A stretch of DNA of 64,000 nucleotides from Chloroflexota bacterium. Lineage in GTDB: Bacteria; Chloroflexota; Limnocylindria; Limnocylindrales; CSP1-4. Location of the stretch: NCBI GenBank assembly GCA_003171065.1, contig PMXQ01000149.1:123558-187557 (forward strand), read 5' to 3'. This document shows positions 1-8,402 of the stretch, one piece after another. The translations under genes and the position numbers were made by a program. The notes under the pieces are model-generated. The model was not told where the DNA came from. It saw only the letters and a program-made list of their open reading frames with translations, and did no database searches. Position 1 is the first letter of the stretch, and each line of letters starts with the position of its first letter.

Positions 1-183
1 CCTGGCCGCTCTTCGTTGCGGGCATAGCCTCGGCGGCATGCGGAGCCGTCCTCGTCTTGCGACGCGCGATGCCGGATACGCACGCGGCTTGAGGGTCGCG
101 CTCCTCTGCCGACTTCTTCCGTGGAAGCAGCTACTGGTCGGCCGATGGCCGGCCGCCCGGCGGCGCAAGCGCAGGAGAGACGC

Positions 184-627
184 ATGGAACCGAGCATTCG
201 CACGGACTTCAACGAACTGCTTACTCCCATGCTCGGTCTGGCGGAGCGGATGCTCGAGGAAACCGGCGAGTTCCGCCCCTTCGGCGCTCGGCTGGCGGCA
301 AGCGGTCAGCTGGCCGTGATCGACGTGGCGCCCACGCTGCGGAACCCCTCCAATCCGCTGATCATCGATTCCTTGTACGCCACGTTCCGTCTGCAGGCAC
401 GGGCCGGAACCATCAAGGCGTGCGCGGTCTGCTGGGACGCGCTCGTACCAAAGGAACAGGGCGGCGGCCTGACAGAGGCCATTGCGATCGGTCTGGAACA
501 CCGCGACGGGGACCCGACGGTGGTTCTCTGCACTTACGAGCGCGAGCCCTCCGGCGACTTGCATTTCGACGATCCGATTACCGCGCTGGGTCGGCGCCAC
601 GTCTTTGGGACGGTGCTCTTCTCATAG
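184..627 (+). CDS. hypothetical protein (147 aa)
   Basis: Inside ORF 121..627. ATG at 184 is preceded by an AGGAGAG Shine-Dalgarno. G/C-rich third positions. No family recognised. Confidence 0.5.
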   Translation: MEPSIRTDFNELLTPMLGLAERMLEETGEFRPFGARLAASGQLAVIDVAPTLRNPSNPLIIDSLYATFRLQARAGTIKACAVCWDALVPKEQGGGLTEAIAIGLEHRDGDPTVVLCTYEREPSGDLHFDDPITALGRRHVFGTVLFS

Positions 628-803
628 GTTCCACGTCGCGAGATTGGCTGAGGGGAGGCCGCGGACGTGGCCTGGCGGTCCGTTTCGCCGCTCCTGGCCG
701 GCTCGGCGTATCCTGGCTCCGGCGGTTTAGCGCACAGCTGGCCGTCACGCAGTCCTGGGTCGCCGCGTCTTTCGGCAGCGCCGCGGACGCGGCAAACGGG
801 ACG

Positions 804-1697
804 ATGCGGAGGCAATGCGGTTTGATAGCGCGGCGGTCGAAGCCACGATGGCGGGCTCTGGTTGGGGTTGGAGCCTACGCGGCCTTGTGCGTGATGCTCG
901 CGTCAGCGGCCTGGGTTGCGATCGGGACGGCGGCCGCGCACGGCTCCGCGTCGACGCCATCGATGGTCGCTGCCGCCCCAACGCCGACCGAGATGCTCGC
1001 GCCGACAGAGACGCTCGCGCCGACAGACTCGGCGACGCCAGACGCCACGGCGAGCCCCTTCGTCTGGCCGTCGTTTCCCACGCCTGCTCCTACCCCGGGC
1101 CCCTTCAGCATGGACATCTACAAGGACGGCACGTTCGTCACCCAGCACAACAGGGAAGCCTGTATGGCCGGCGCGGTGCAGAACATGCTCAACATCATCG
1201 GGCCGAAAGTCGACCTGACGACGGCGCGCCAGTTGGTGATCAGCAACACCATCATCGCCAACACGACCAAGACGGACAGCCTCAACGGCGGCTACGGCCC
1301 CGCCGGCTGGGCCATCACGATGACGCAGCTGAGCGGGATCCATTACAAGCTGCTCGTGGACAACTCTCTTGTTCAGGCCATGGACGACGCCGCCACGGCG
1401 TTGCGCAAGACGAACAAGCCGGTCGGTTTGCTGGCGTGGAAGGGCGCCCATTCGTGGGTGATGACCGGGTTCCAGTCGAACTACGACCCGCGCGACTATC
1501 CCGGAGGCTTCGCCGTCCTCGGCGCGTATATCGTGGACCCGTTCTACCCGCGTCTGAGCAGCATCTGGGGCCAGACGCTCGGCCCGGACACGTTCCGCGA
1601 CATGACCGCCATGGCCAAGAACTACCTTCCGTGGAAGCGGCCAGAGGGACACTATCCGGGGCGTGACGGGAAATGGCTCCTGGTGGTCCCGTACTGA
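804..1697 (+). CDS. membrane-anchored peptidase C39-like (BtrH-like) cysteine peptidase candidate
   Basis: C-terminal 298 codons of ORF 420..1697, starting at the ATG at 804. N-terminal TM helix (ALVGVGAYAALCVMLASAAWVAIG) and a Pro/Thr-rich linker. Then Q-x4-AC (TQHNREACMAGAVQNMLN) and a downstream GAHSWVMTGF His motif, typical of C39-like domains. Confidence 0.55.
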   Translation: MRRQCGLIARRSKPRWRALVGVGAYAALCVMLASAAWVAIGTAAAHGSASTPSMVAAAPTPTEMLAPTETLAPTDSATPDATASPFVWPSFPTPAPTPGPFSMDIYKDGTFVTQHNREACMAGAVQNMLNIIGPKVDLTTARQLVISNTIIANTTKTDSLNGGYGPAGWAITMTQLSGIHYKLLVDNSLVQAMDDAATALRKTNKPVGLLAWKGAHSWVMTGFQSNYDPRDYPGGFAVLGAYIVDPFYPRLSSIWGQTLGPDTFRDMTAMAKNYLPWKRPEGHYPGRDGKWLLVVPY

Positions 1698-1718
1698 GCC
1701 GTGGGTGTCGGGCGCGCG

Positions 1719-2168
1719 TCAGTCGTGACAGCCTGCGCAGCGTCCCGAGATCGTCACGTGCGAGAGATCCACGCTGAAGCCGAGCTGAGACGCAAGCGCC
1801 TCGACGATGACGGCTCCGGTTTCGGGCCGGAGCTCCCACGTCGTACCGCAGCCCACGCAGTAAAGGTGACCGTGGACCTCTTGGGGCAGGATGTGGTACT
1901 CCTCGCGCCCGTCGTGTCCGTGACCGTGCCTGACGAGTCCCAGGTCCTCGAGCAAGTCGAGCGTGCGATACACGGTTGATGGGGTCGTCGTCTGATCGCG
2001 CTCCCGGCAGCGCGCGATCAGTTCCGTCGCAGTAACGTGCCCCTCGCGCTCTCGCAGGACTTCGATCAGGGTGCGGCGTTGAGGAGTCCAGCGAAGTCCG
2101 CCGGCCCTGATCCTGTCGACGGCCTGATCCCATGGGCTGGGGCCAGTCACGCCGGCGCCGGCGTTCAT
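1719..2168 (-). CDS. Fur-family metalloregulator (possibly a Ni/Co-responsive Nur-like protein)
   Basis: Winged-helix segment LRWTPQRRTLIEVL...HVTATEL...STVYRTLDLLEDLGLV, an HGHGH cluster and two CxxC pairs (CVGC, CAGC). Divergent from cbiM. The start at MNAG (2168) was chosen over upstream alternatives (2219, 2309). Confidence 0.8.
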   Translation of the reverse strand: MNAGAGVTGPSPWDQAVDRIRAGGLRWTPQRRTLIEVLREREGHVTATELIARCRERDQTTTPSTVYRTLDLLEDLGLVRHGHGHDGREEYHILPQEVHGHLYCVGCGTTWELRPETGAVIVEALASQLGFSVDLSHVTISGRCAGCHD

Positions 2169-2208
2169 CTCTGCATGTGGCACTGGGCGGTCCTTTCTGC
2201 GCCCCCAA

Positions 2209-2238
2209 TTGTCGCGCATCGACCCGAGGCCGTAGACT
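2209..2238 (+). promoter_or_regulatory. candidate sigma70-type promoter of cbiMQO (TTGTCG-18 nt-TAGACT)
   Basis: TTGTCG at 2209-2214 and TAGACT at 2233-2238 in the 133-bp fur/cbiM divergent spacer. Direct repeats GCAAT-N5-GCAAT (2249-2263) and TAGCG-N5-TAGCG (2263-2277) lie just downstream. Confidence 0.35.
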
Positions 2239-2301
2239 TGTCCGGGCCGCAATGTGTTGCAATAGCGAAGTGTAGCGGCAGGCGGCACAACTGGAGAACC
2301 C

Positions 2302-3585
2302 GTGCACATTCCCGACGGCTACCTCGCGCCGGCGGTGTCACTCGGCCTCGCCGTCATCACCGTCCCCGCGTGGGCGGTCGCGACACAGAAGGTCAAGAAG
2401 GTCCTCAACAACCGGACCGTGCCACTGCTGGCGATCTTCTCGGCGTTCAGCTTCACCATCATGATGTTCAACGTCCCGGTGCCGGGTGGCACGACGGCGC
2501 ACGGAGTAGGAGGGACGCTCATTGCCGTCGTCCTTGGTCCATGGGCCGCATGTATAGCCGTCAGTACGGCACTGATACTTCAGGCCCTCTTCTTTGGTGA
2601 CGGCGGCGTCCTGGCGATCTTCGCCAACTGCCTGAACATGGCCATCATCCTGCCATTCGTTGGGTACGTGACCTACCGCCTCCTTGCCGCGGGATCGCCG
2701 GTGCTGTCGACGCGGCGAGCCGTGGCCGCGGGCATCGGTGCTTACGTAGGCATCACCGTCGCGGCGTTCACGGTGGGCGTCGAACTGGGCATCGAGCCGA
2801 TCTTCTTCTCCCAGAACGGACACGCTCTTTACAGCCCGTACGGTCTGTCCGAGGCGATCCCGGCGATGGTTGCTGCGCACGCCTTCGGCGCTTCCATCGT
2901 GGAGGCGCTGATCACTGGCCTTGGTGTGGCGTATCTGCAGCGGCGACACCCGGAGTATCTGACCAGCATGAGCCGCATCTTCGCCCCTGACGCAGCCGCC
3001 GAAGGGACAGTCGCCCAGCGCCCGCTGTGGCAGCTGGTGGCCGCGGCCGTCGGTGCCGCCGTCGTGGCCCTGGCCGCAATCGGCCTGATCGAGGGCGGCG
3101 GCGATCCCAATCGCATGTTCGGTGCCGACTGGTCACAGGTCGACTGGCCGTCCGTGGTCACGATGCTGGTCGTGACCCTCGCGATCGGCGCCATCCTGAT
3201 GCCGGCCACGTACCTGCTCTTGCCGCGCAACGTCAAACGCATCGGCACGGCCTTCGCGACGATCGCCGTGATTGCGCCGCTCGGTCTTGTTGCGCCCGGG
3301 ATCGCCTACGGTGAGGGCAGCACCGAAGACGTCAAGGCTGCGTTCGGCTACGTGCCTTCGGGCCTGCAGGGTCTTTCGGGCATCTTCGACGCCCCGTTCG
3401 GCGGTTACAACGTTCCGCTGCCCTTCTTCTCCGATGCGAACGCACCGCTCTGGCACGCCGCCATCGGCTATGAGATCGCCGGCATCATCGGCATTTTGGC
3501 CGTCGGTGGCGTTACCTACCTGGGCGCTCGTCTGCTGCGCCGCTCAGCCGGGCAGGCCGCGACGGCGGCCGAGGCAGGCTCATGA
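2302..3585 (+). CDS. cbiM: ECF transporter substrate-capture component CbiM/NikM fused to a C-terminal CbiN/PDGLE-like membrane domain
   Basis: GTG start gives the hallmark N-terminus MHIPDGYL, then NVPVPGGTTAHGVGG. At 427 aa it is about twice the CbiM size, and the C-terminal half has extra TM helices and a PDGLE-like stretch (GIAYGEGSTEDVKAAFGYVPSGLQG). Confidence 0.85.
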   Translation: MHIPDGYLAPAVSLGLAVITVPAWAVATQKVKKVLNNRTVPLLAIFSAFSFTIMMFNVPVPGGTTAHGVGGTLIAVVLGPWAACIAVSTALILQALFFGDGGVLAIFANCLNMAIILPFVGYVTYRLLAAGSPVLSTRRAVAAGIGAYVGITVAAFTVGVELGIEPIFFSQNGHALYSPYGLSEAIPAMVAAHAFGASIVEALITGLGVAYLQRRHPEYLTSMSRIFAPDAAAEGTVAQRPLWQLVAAAVGAAVVALAAIGLIEGGGDPNRMFGADWSQVDWPSVVTMLVVTLAIGAILMPATYLLLPRNVKRIGTAFATIAVIAPLGLVAPGIAYGEGSTEDVKAAFGYVPSGLQGLSGIFDAPFGGYNVPLPFFSDANAPLWHAAIGYEIAGIIGILAVGGVTYLGARLLRRSAGQAATAAEAGS

Positions 3586-4448
3586 CTTCCGTCGTTGCCG
3601 GGCGCCGGGCCACGGACGCACGCATCGGCTGGCTCGAGCAGACCGTCGGCGGCATTACCGCCAACATCGAGCACGCCATCTTCACGGAACAGCACGCGCG
3701 GTCGGAGGGATGGCTGCAGCGACGCGATCCCCGCGCGAAGCTCATTGGGTTCCTCATGGCGATCATCGCCGCGAGCCTGGCGAGCTCTGTCGTCGGCCTT
3801 GCTCTGCTGTATGCCGCGACCCTTGCGGCGGCGCGGGCGAGCCGCGTTCCGTTCGGCTTCTTCGTCAAGCGCGTCTGGCTCGGGATTCCGTTCTTCGCCG
3901 GGATCGTCGTCGTGCCGGCCATCTTCTTCGTGCCCGGCGACAGGGTGTTCGACCTCGCGCTGGGACCGGCTCACCTGGCTCCCTCCTGGAACGGCCTGGC
4001 CGGAGCGGTGCTCTTCGTCAGCCGGGTGGGAGTATCGGTCTCGCTGGCCGTGCTGATGGTCGTCACGACCCCGTGGGCGGATGTTCTCAAGAGCCTGCGG
4101 GCACTACGAACACCGCAGGTGTTCGTCCTCGTCCTTTCGATGACCTACCGCTACATCTTCCTGTTCCTGCACACTGCGAACGGAATACTTCTGGCCCGCA
4201 AGAGCCGCGTTGTCGGCCGGACGAGCGGACGAGAGCAGCGGCGTTGGATCACCGGCACCATGGGCAACCTGATGAGCCGCGCCTTCAAGATGAGCAACGA
4301 CGTATACGCCGCCATGCTGGCCCGCGGCTTCACGGGGGAAGTGCGGGTTTACTCCACCTATCGAATGCGGGCGGCCGACTGGCTGGCCCTCGGGGCCACC
4401 GGGGCGTTCGGCGTCGCGGCCGTCCTCGCTTCGCGAGTCGCGGCGTGA
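3582..4448 (+). CDS. cbiQ: ECF transporter T component CbiQ
   Basis: ATGA overlap with cbiM. Multi-TM protein with a conserved C-terminal ARG motif (AAMLARGF), placed between cbiM and the ATPase. Confidence 0.8.
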   Translation: MTSVVAGRRATDARIGWLEQTVGGITANIEHAIFTEQHARSEGWLQRRDPRAKLIGFLMAIIAASLASSVVGLALLYAATLAAARASRVPFGFFVKRVWLGIPFFAGIVVVPAIFFVPGDRVFDLALGPAHLAPSWNGLAGAVLFVSRVGVSVSLAVLMVVTTPWADVLKSLRALRTPQVFVLVLSMTYRYIFLFLHTANGILLARKSRVVGRTSGREQRRWITGTMGNLMSRAFKMSNDVYAAMLARGFTGEVRVYSTYRMRAADWLALGATGAFGVAAVLASRVAA

Positions 4449-5401
4449 ACGGCCGAGGTCTCGATTCGGCGGCCGGCGTGGCGCGGCCGGAGGCCGTCGG
4501 TCCCGCCGAACCCCTGTTCAGCCTTCGAGACGTCGGGTACCTCTATTCGGGCCGGCAAACGGCCCTGGACGGCCTGAACCTGGATATCTGGCCGGGCGAG
4601 CGAGTCGTCCTGCTGGGTGCCAACGGCAGCGGCAAGTCGACGCTATTGAAGCTGCTCGATGGCATCGCCGCCCCGTCGAGCGGCACGATGCGGGCCCTCG
4701 GCTGCGATGTCGCGGCAGTTGCGGCCGGCCAGGAGGCCTTCACTTTCCACCGCCAGGTCGGCCTTGTCTTCCAGGACCCGGACATCCAGCTCTTCAGCGC
4801 AACCGTTCTCGACGACGTGGCGTTCGGGCCGCTTCAGCTGGGCCTGACCGCCGACGAAGTGCGCGAACGCTGCGACGAGGCCCTGGCGGCGATGGAGATC
4901 GCTCATCTGGCCGGTCGGGCTCCCTTCGAGCTATCGGGCGGTGAGAAGAAGCGCGCGGCGATCGCCTCGGTTCTGTCGCTGCGGCCGGAGGTGCTCCTTC
5001 TGGACGAGCCCACAGCCTCGCTGGACCCGCGCACCAAGTGGGTTCTGGTCGATCTGATCCAGCGCCTCGGGGCCGCTGGTCGGACGCTGATCGTCGCAAC
5101 TCATGAGCTCGACATCGTCCCCCTGATCGCCGATCGGGCCGTGGTTCTGAATGAGCAGGGGAGAGTGGTGGCAGACGGCGATCCAGCCACGATACTGGCC
5201 GACACGGACCTGCTGGTTCGGGCGAACCTGATCCACGAACACCTCCACAGACACGGTCCGATCAGCCACTCGCATCGGCACGACACCGCGGACGAGGGTC
5301 ACTACCACGCGCTGGAGGTCCTCGACGGGGCCCCGCCCGCCGAGACGGCGCAGACAGAGCGATCGGGCAAGACTCGCGTGGCTCCAATCGAGCGCGGTTA
5401 G
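4445..5401 (+). CDS. cbiO: ECF transporter ATPase CbiO with a His-rich C-terminal tail
   Basis: GTG at 4445 overlaps the cbiQ stop (GTGA). Walker A GANGSGKST, signature LSGGEKKR, Walker B LLLDEPT. The tail has 9 His in 25 codons (5234-5308). Confidence 0.85.
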   Translation: MNGRGLDSAAGVARPEAVGPAEPLFSLRDVGYLYSGRQTALDGLNLDIWPGERVVLLGANGSGKSTLLKLLDGIAAPSSGTMRALGCDVAAVAAGQEAFTFHRQVGLVFQDPDIQLFSATVLDDVAFGPLQLGLTADEVRERCDEALAAMEIAHLAGRAPFELSGGEKKRAAIASVLSLRPEVLLLDEPTASLDPRTKWVLVDLIQRLGAAGRTLIVATHELDIVPLIADRAVVLNEQGRVVADGDPATILADTDLLVRANLIHEHLHRHGPISHSHRHDTADEGHYHALEVLDGAPPAETAQTERSGKTRVAPIERG

Positions 5402-5454
5402 CCGCAACAAAGAGTCTCCCCCCGGGACCCCCACGGTCGGGGGATGTCCTCTCG

Positions 5455-8187
5455 GTGGCTGGCGTGCATGAGCCCTTGAGTCACAATGAACCGGCAATGG
5501 AGAGCCGCAGCTCCGCGCTGGAGTCTGGTCAGCCGTTCGAGGGTTCAGGCCCGGGGGTCGTTCGGACGCTCCCGCGCGAGCCGCTCGTGGCCGATTCCGA
5601 GCTCCTGGACAGCGAGACCGAGAGGGCGGCCAGAGCACGCCTGTTTGACGAGGTGCTTGCTGGCGTGGAGCTCGTCCTCGCGGCCGACGGCGTCGCTTTC
5701 TGGCGCGAAGAGGCAGATCACACGCTCGTGCTCACCGCCAGCCGATCGATTGCCAGGGAGGTTCTGGACGCCCTGGATCACAACGTGGTTACTCCCCTGC
5801 AGTCGATCATGCAGCGCTGGCCGGACAGCCCTCTTGTCGCGATCCCGCTGGACGACGCTTCGAACCCGATCGCGGAGGAGATCAGATCGGTCGCAGAGAA
5901 GGAGGAGATCGTCGGTCTGGCCGGAGTGCCGTGCCGCGTACCGGGTGAGATGTTCGGTTTGTTGCTCGTGATTCACCGCCGGCCACACCCCTGGACCGTT
6001 CGGGATCTCGGGCTGGCCACGGGTTTCGCGGGCCAGCTGGCGACCGCGATGCAGAACTCCCGGCTGTACGCCTCGGTGCGATCGCTGGCCAACCGACTGA
6101 CGGCCATCCACGAGCTGAGCCTTCGGCTGGCCCAGCTCCGCGACGTCGACGCCATCGTCGACGCCATCGTCGCCGAGGCGGGGCGTTTGGTCGACTGCGA
6201 CACGGTGCGGGTGTACCGCGACGATCCCGTCGAAGGGGGCTTCCGACTCTCTGCCGCCTCGGGCACCTTCGTGGGCATCGCGTCGCCGCCGCTCGAAGCG
6301 ATTTCCCTCGGGCACGCGGAGACGCTGCCCGAGTGGGTGGCGAAGCACAACGAACCCGTGATCATCCCCGACGCCGCATCGGAAAGGCGATCGATCTTTC
6401 GGTCGACCCTTGGTCCTGAGTCGCTGCTGCTGGTTCCGATGGCCTATGGAGAGGCAATCCATGGCGTCCTTGTCGTGTCGAAAGCCGGGGCGGGCCGATA
6501 CGACCGGGAAGACGAACAGGCGCTATCGATCTTCGGCCGATATGCGGGCCAGGCGATCGAGAACGCCGAGAACATCGAGCGCCTCGAACACCAGCAGACA
6601 ACTCTCGAGCGCCAGCTCGCCGGCGAACGCAGGCTCCTGGATGTGAGCGAGCAGCTGGTGTCAACTCTCGAGCCGCGCCAGGTGCTCGAGCAGATAGCTG
6701 ACACCATCGGCAGCGTCGTCCACTACGATCGCCTGACGATCTACCGCCATGATCGCGCGTCCGGTGGCATCGAGGCGGTCCTGTCACGGGCGAGCTCGGG
6801 GGCGGCGCCCGTCTCCGACGCCAGTGGCCACGCTCTCGACGAAGGCCTGACGAGCTGGGTCATCGGCCGGGGCGATGCCGTCTGCGCCAACGACGTTGCC
6901 GAGGGCGTCTTGGCCGGAGCGCTGGAAGGGACGCTCTCCGGCAGCGTGGCTCGACCGGCGGGTCCGGCCCCAGACGGGGACCGCCACGACCCGCAAGCAC
7001 ACACGGAGGGGCGGCCGAGTGACCGCGTCTCGCAGAACATCATCGTGGTCCCGCTCCGTGTTCACGGCGAAGTGGTCGGCAGTTTGAACCTGGCCCGTTT
7101 GGGCGCCGCCGAGGCCCACTTCAGCGAGCCGGAGTTCGAGCTCAGCAAGCTGTTCGCCGGCCAGGCCTCGATTGCGCTTCAGAATGCCCAGGCGCACGTG
7201 ACCGTGTCGACCCGCGCGGACCTCGACGCGCTGACAGGGCTGCGCAATCACGGCACCTTCCAGCGCGACCTGGGCGCCCTCGTCGATGCCGGCAAGCCGT
7301 TCTCGCTGCTGATGATGGACCTGGACTCGTTCAAGGCCTTCAACGACACCTACGGCCACCCGGCCGGCGACGCCCTGCTCCAGACGGTCGCCAAGGCGAT
7401 CGTGGGCGCCACCCGACAGAACGACCGGGCGTACAGATATGGCGGCGATGAGTTCGCCCTCCTGCTGGTCGGCGCCAGCCGCGCCAAGGCCGAGGAAGTC
7501 GCAGGCCGCGTGCGCGTGGCCGTTAGGGAGGCCGTGCGAGTCTCGCCCGTCGGAGGGTCCGACCTGCCTTTCGGGGCGTCTGTCGGCGTGGCCTACTGGC
7601 CTGCGGACGGACCTGGCAAGGCGGAGCTGGTCAGCGCCGCGGACGCGGCCCTCTACGAGGCGAAGCGACGTCGGGTGGCGGGCGTCAGACGTGCGGCCGA
7701 GGGCGCGCCCGAGGCGGTCCCGGGAGCGATCCTGGACGCGGCCAGGGACCTTCTGACGGCCTCCGACGCGGAAGAGGTCGCGCGGGCGACCCTCCGCCAC
7801 GCGGCCGCGGTCGTGGGCTCGCGCGACGGGCTGGTCGCGCTCGTAGAGGGGGCGCAGGATTCGTCCTCCACTGCCGAGCCGACGCTCATGCGCCAGCTGG
7901 TAGGCATGGGCAGGTTCGCGGGGACCCGCCGGTCGATCCGTCGGGGCGAAGGCTTTTGGGGTCGCTTGTGGGCCAGTGCCAGTGTCCTCACCGAGGACGA
8001 GGCCGGAAACGGCGTGTTGTTGGGCCTCCCCATACCGGTCGATGGCCACGTCGCGGGCCTCATCGGAGTGGCACTTCCCGCCGCGGCGGTGGTCTCACCC
8101 GAACGACTCCGGATGATGGACCACCTGGCTGCGCTGGCCGGAGCCGCAATCCAGCGTCTCACTCCTGCGCCGCCGCCAGTTGGCTAG
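5455..8187 (+). CDS. multi-GAF diguanylate cyclase (GGDEF domain protein)
   Basis: 910-aa ORF with repeated GAF-like modules. GGDEF domain: LTGLRNHGTFQRDL...MDLDSFKAFNDTYGHPAGD...RYGGDEFALLL. An additional GAF-like C-terminal region. The start could be 5455 (GTG) or 5497 (ATG). Confidence 0.8.
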   Translation: MAGVHEPLSHNEPAMESRSSALESGQPFEGSGPGVVRTLPREPLVADSELLDSETERAARARLFDEVLAGVELVLAADGVAFWREEADHTLVLTASRSIAREVLDALDHNVVTPLQSIMQRWPDSPLVAIPLDDASNPIAEEIRSVAEKEEIVGLAGVPCRVPGEMFGLLLVIHRRPHPWTVRDLGLATGFAGQLATAMQNSRLYASVRSLANRLTAIHELSLRLAQLRDVDAIVDAIVAEAGRLVDCDTVRVYRDDPVEGGFRLSAASGTFVGIASPPLEAISLGHAETLPEWVAKHNEPVIIPDAASERRSIFRSTLGPESLLLVPMAYGEAIHGVLVVSKAGAGRYDREDEQALSIFGRYAGQAIENAENIERLEHQQTTLERQLAGERRLLDVSEQLVSTLEPRQVLEQIADTIGSVVHYDRLTIYRHDRASGGIEAVLSRASSGAAPVSDASGHALDEGLTSWVIGRGDAVCANDVAEGVLAGALEGTLSGSVARPAGPAPDGDRHDPQAHTEGRPSDRVSQNIIVVPLRVHGEVVGSLNLARLGAAEAHFSEPEFELSKLFAGQASIALQNAQAHVTVSTRADLDALTGLRNHGTFQRDLGALVDAGKPFSLLMMDLDSFKAFNDTYGHPAGDALLQTVAKAIVGATRQNDRAYRYGGDEFALLLVGASRAKAEEVAGRVRVAVREAVRVSPVGGSDLPFGASVGVAYWPADGPGKAELVSAADAALYEAKRRRVAGVRRAAEGAPEAVPGAILDAARDLLTASDAEEVARATLRHAAAVVGSRDGLVALVEGAQDSSSTAEPTLMRQLVGMGRFAGTRRSIRRGEGFWGRLWASASVLTEDEAGNGVLLGLPIPVDGHVAGLIGVALPAAAVVSPERLRMMDHLAALAGAAIQRLTPAPPPVG

Positions 8188-8231
8188 CGAGGGAAGACCC
8201 CGCCCGTTCAGGCAACAGAACCTCGGCCGCC

Positions 8232-8237
8232 TATACT
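8232..8237 (+). promoter_or_regulatory. -10 hexamer TATACT, 6 nt upstream of ATG 8244 (leaderless geometry)
   Basis: CTATACTCC is identical to the 9-mer upstream of yebC (49546-49554). No Shine-Dalgarno in the 6-nt gap. Confidence 0.4.
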
Positions 8238-8243
8238 CCCGGG

Positions 8244-8402
8244 ATGCGCCGCCTTCTTTGCATCGCAGCCCTGATCGGTCGGTTCTCGGGGCAGGGATAC
8301 GTCTGGCGCGTGGCCCCGCCTCCCCGGCCCGTGCCGATCGAGAGACCCTTCCAAGTGGACGGCCGTAACGGCACTTTCCTGGCCTGGTGGCTCCTTCGCT
8401 GA
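8244..8402 (+). CDS. small hypothetical ORF (52 aa) coupled to the downstream solute-binding protein
   Basis: ATG at 8244 is in frame with ORF 7956..8402. Its TGA overlaps the ATG of the next gene (TGATG). G/C-rich third positions and a hydrophobic N-terminus (MRRLLCIAALIG). Confidence 0.3.
   Translation: MRRLLCIAALIGRFSGQGYVWRVAPPPRPVPIERPFQVDGRNGTFLAWWLLR

Noticed and set aside
38-183. Possible 3' end of an upstream gene or regulatory region at the window edge (ORF 38..319).
   Set aside because: The translation is Arg-rich shadow sequence, and the fragment is too short to assign.
3272-5401. Fusion-like giant ORFs in the track: 3272..5401 (709 aa), 24828..27884 (1018 aa), 42488..44227 (579 aa), 28259..29374, 32841..34829, 9829..11415.
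   Set aside because: Only the C-terminal parts carry family motifs (cbiO, pheT, hisC, mpg, murJ, MA peptidase). The N-terminal parts are Arg-rich read-through overlapping the preceding gene in another frame. Real starts overlap the upstream stop (ATGA/GTGA).
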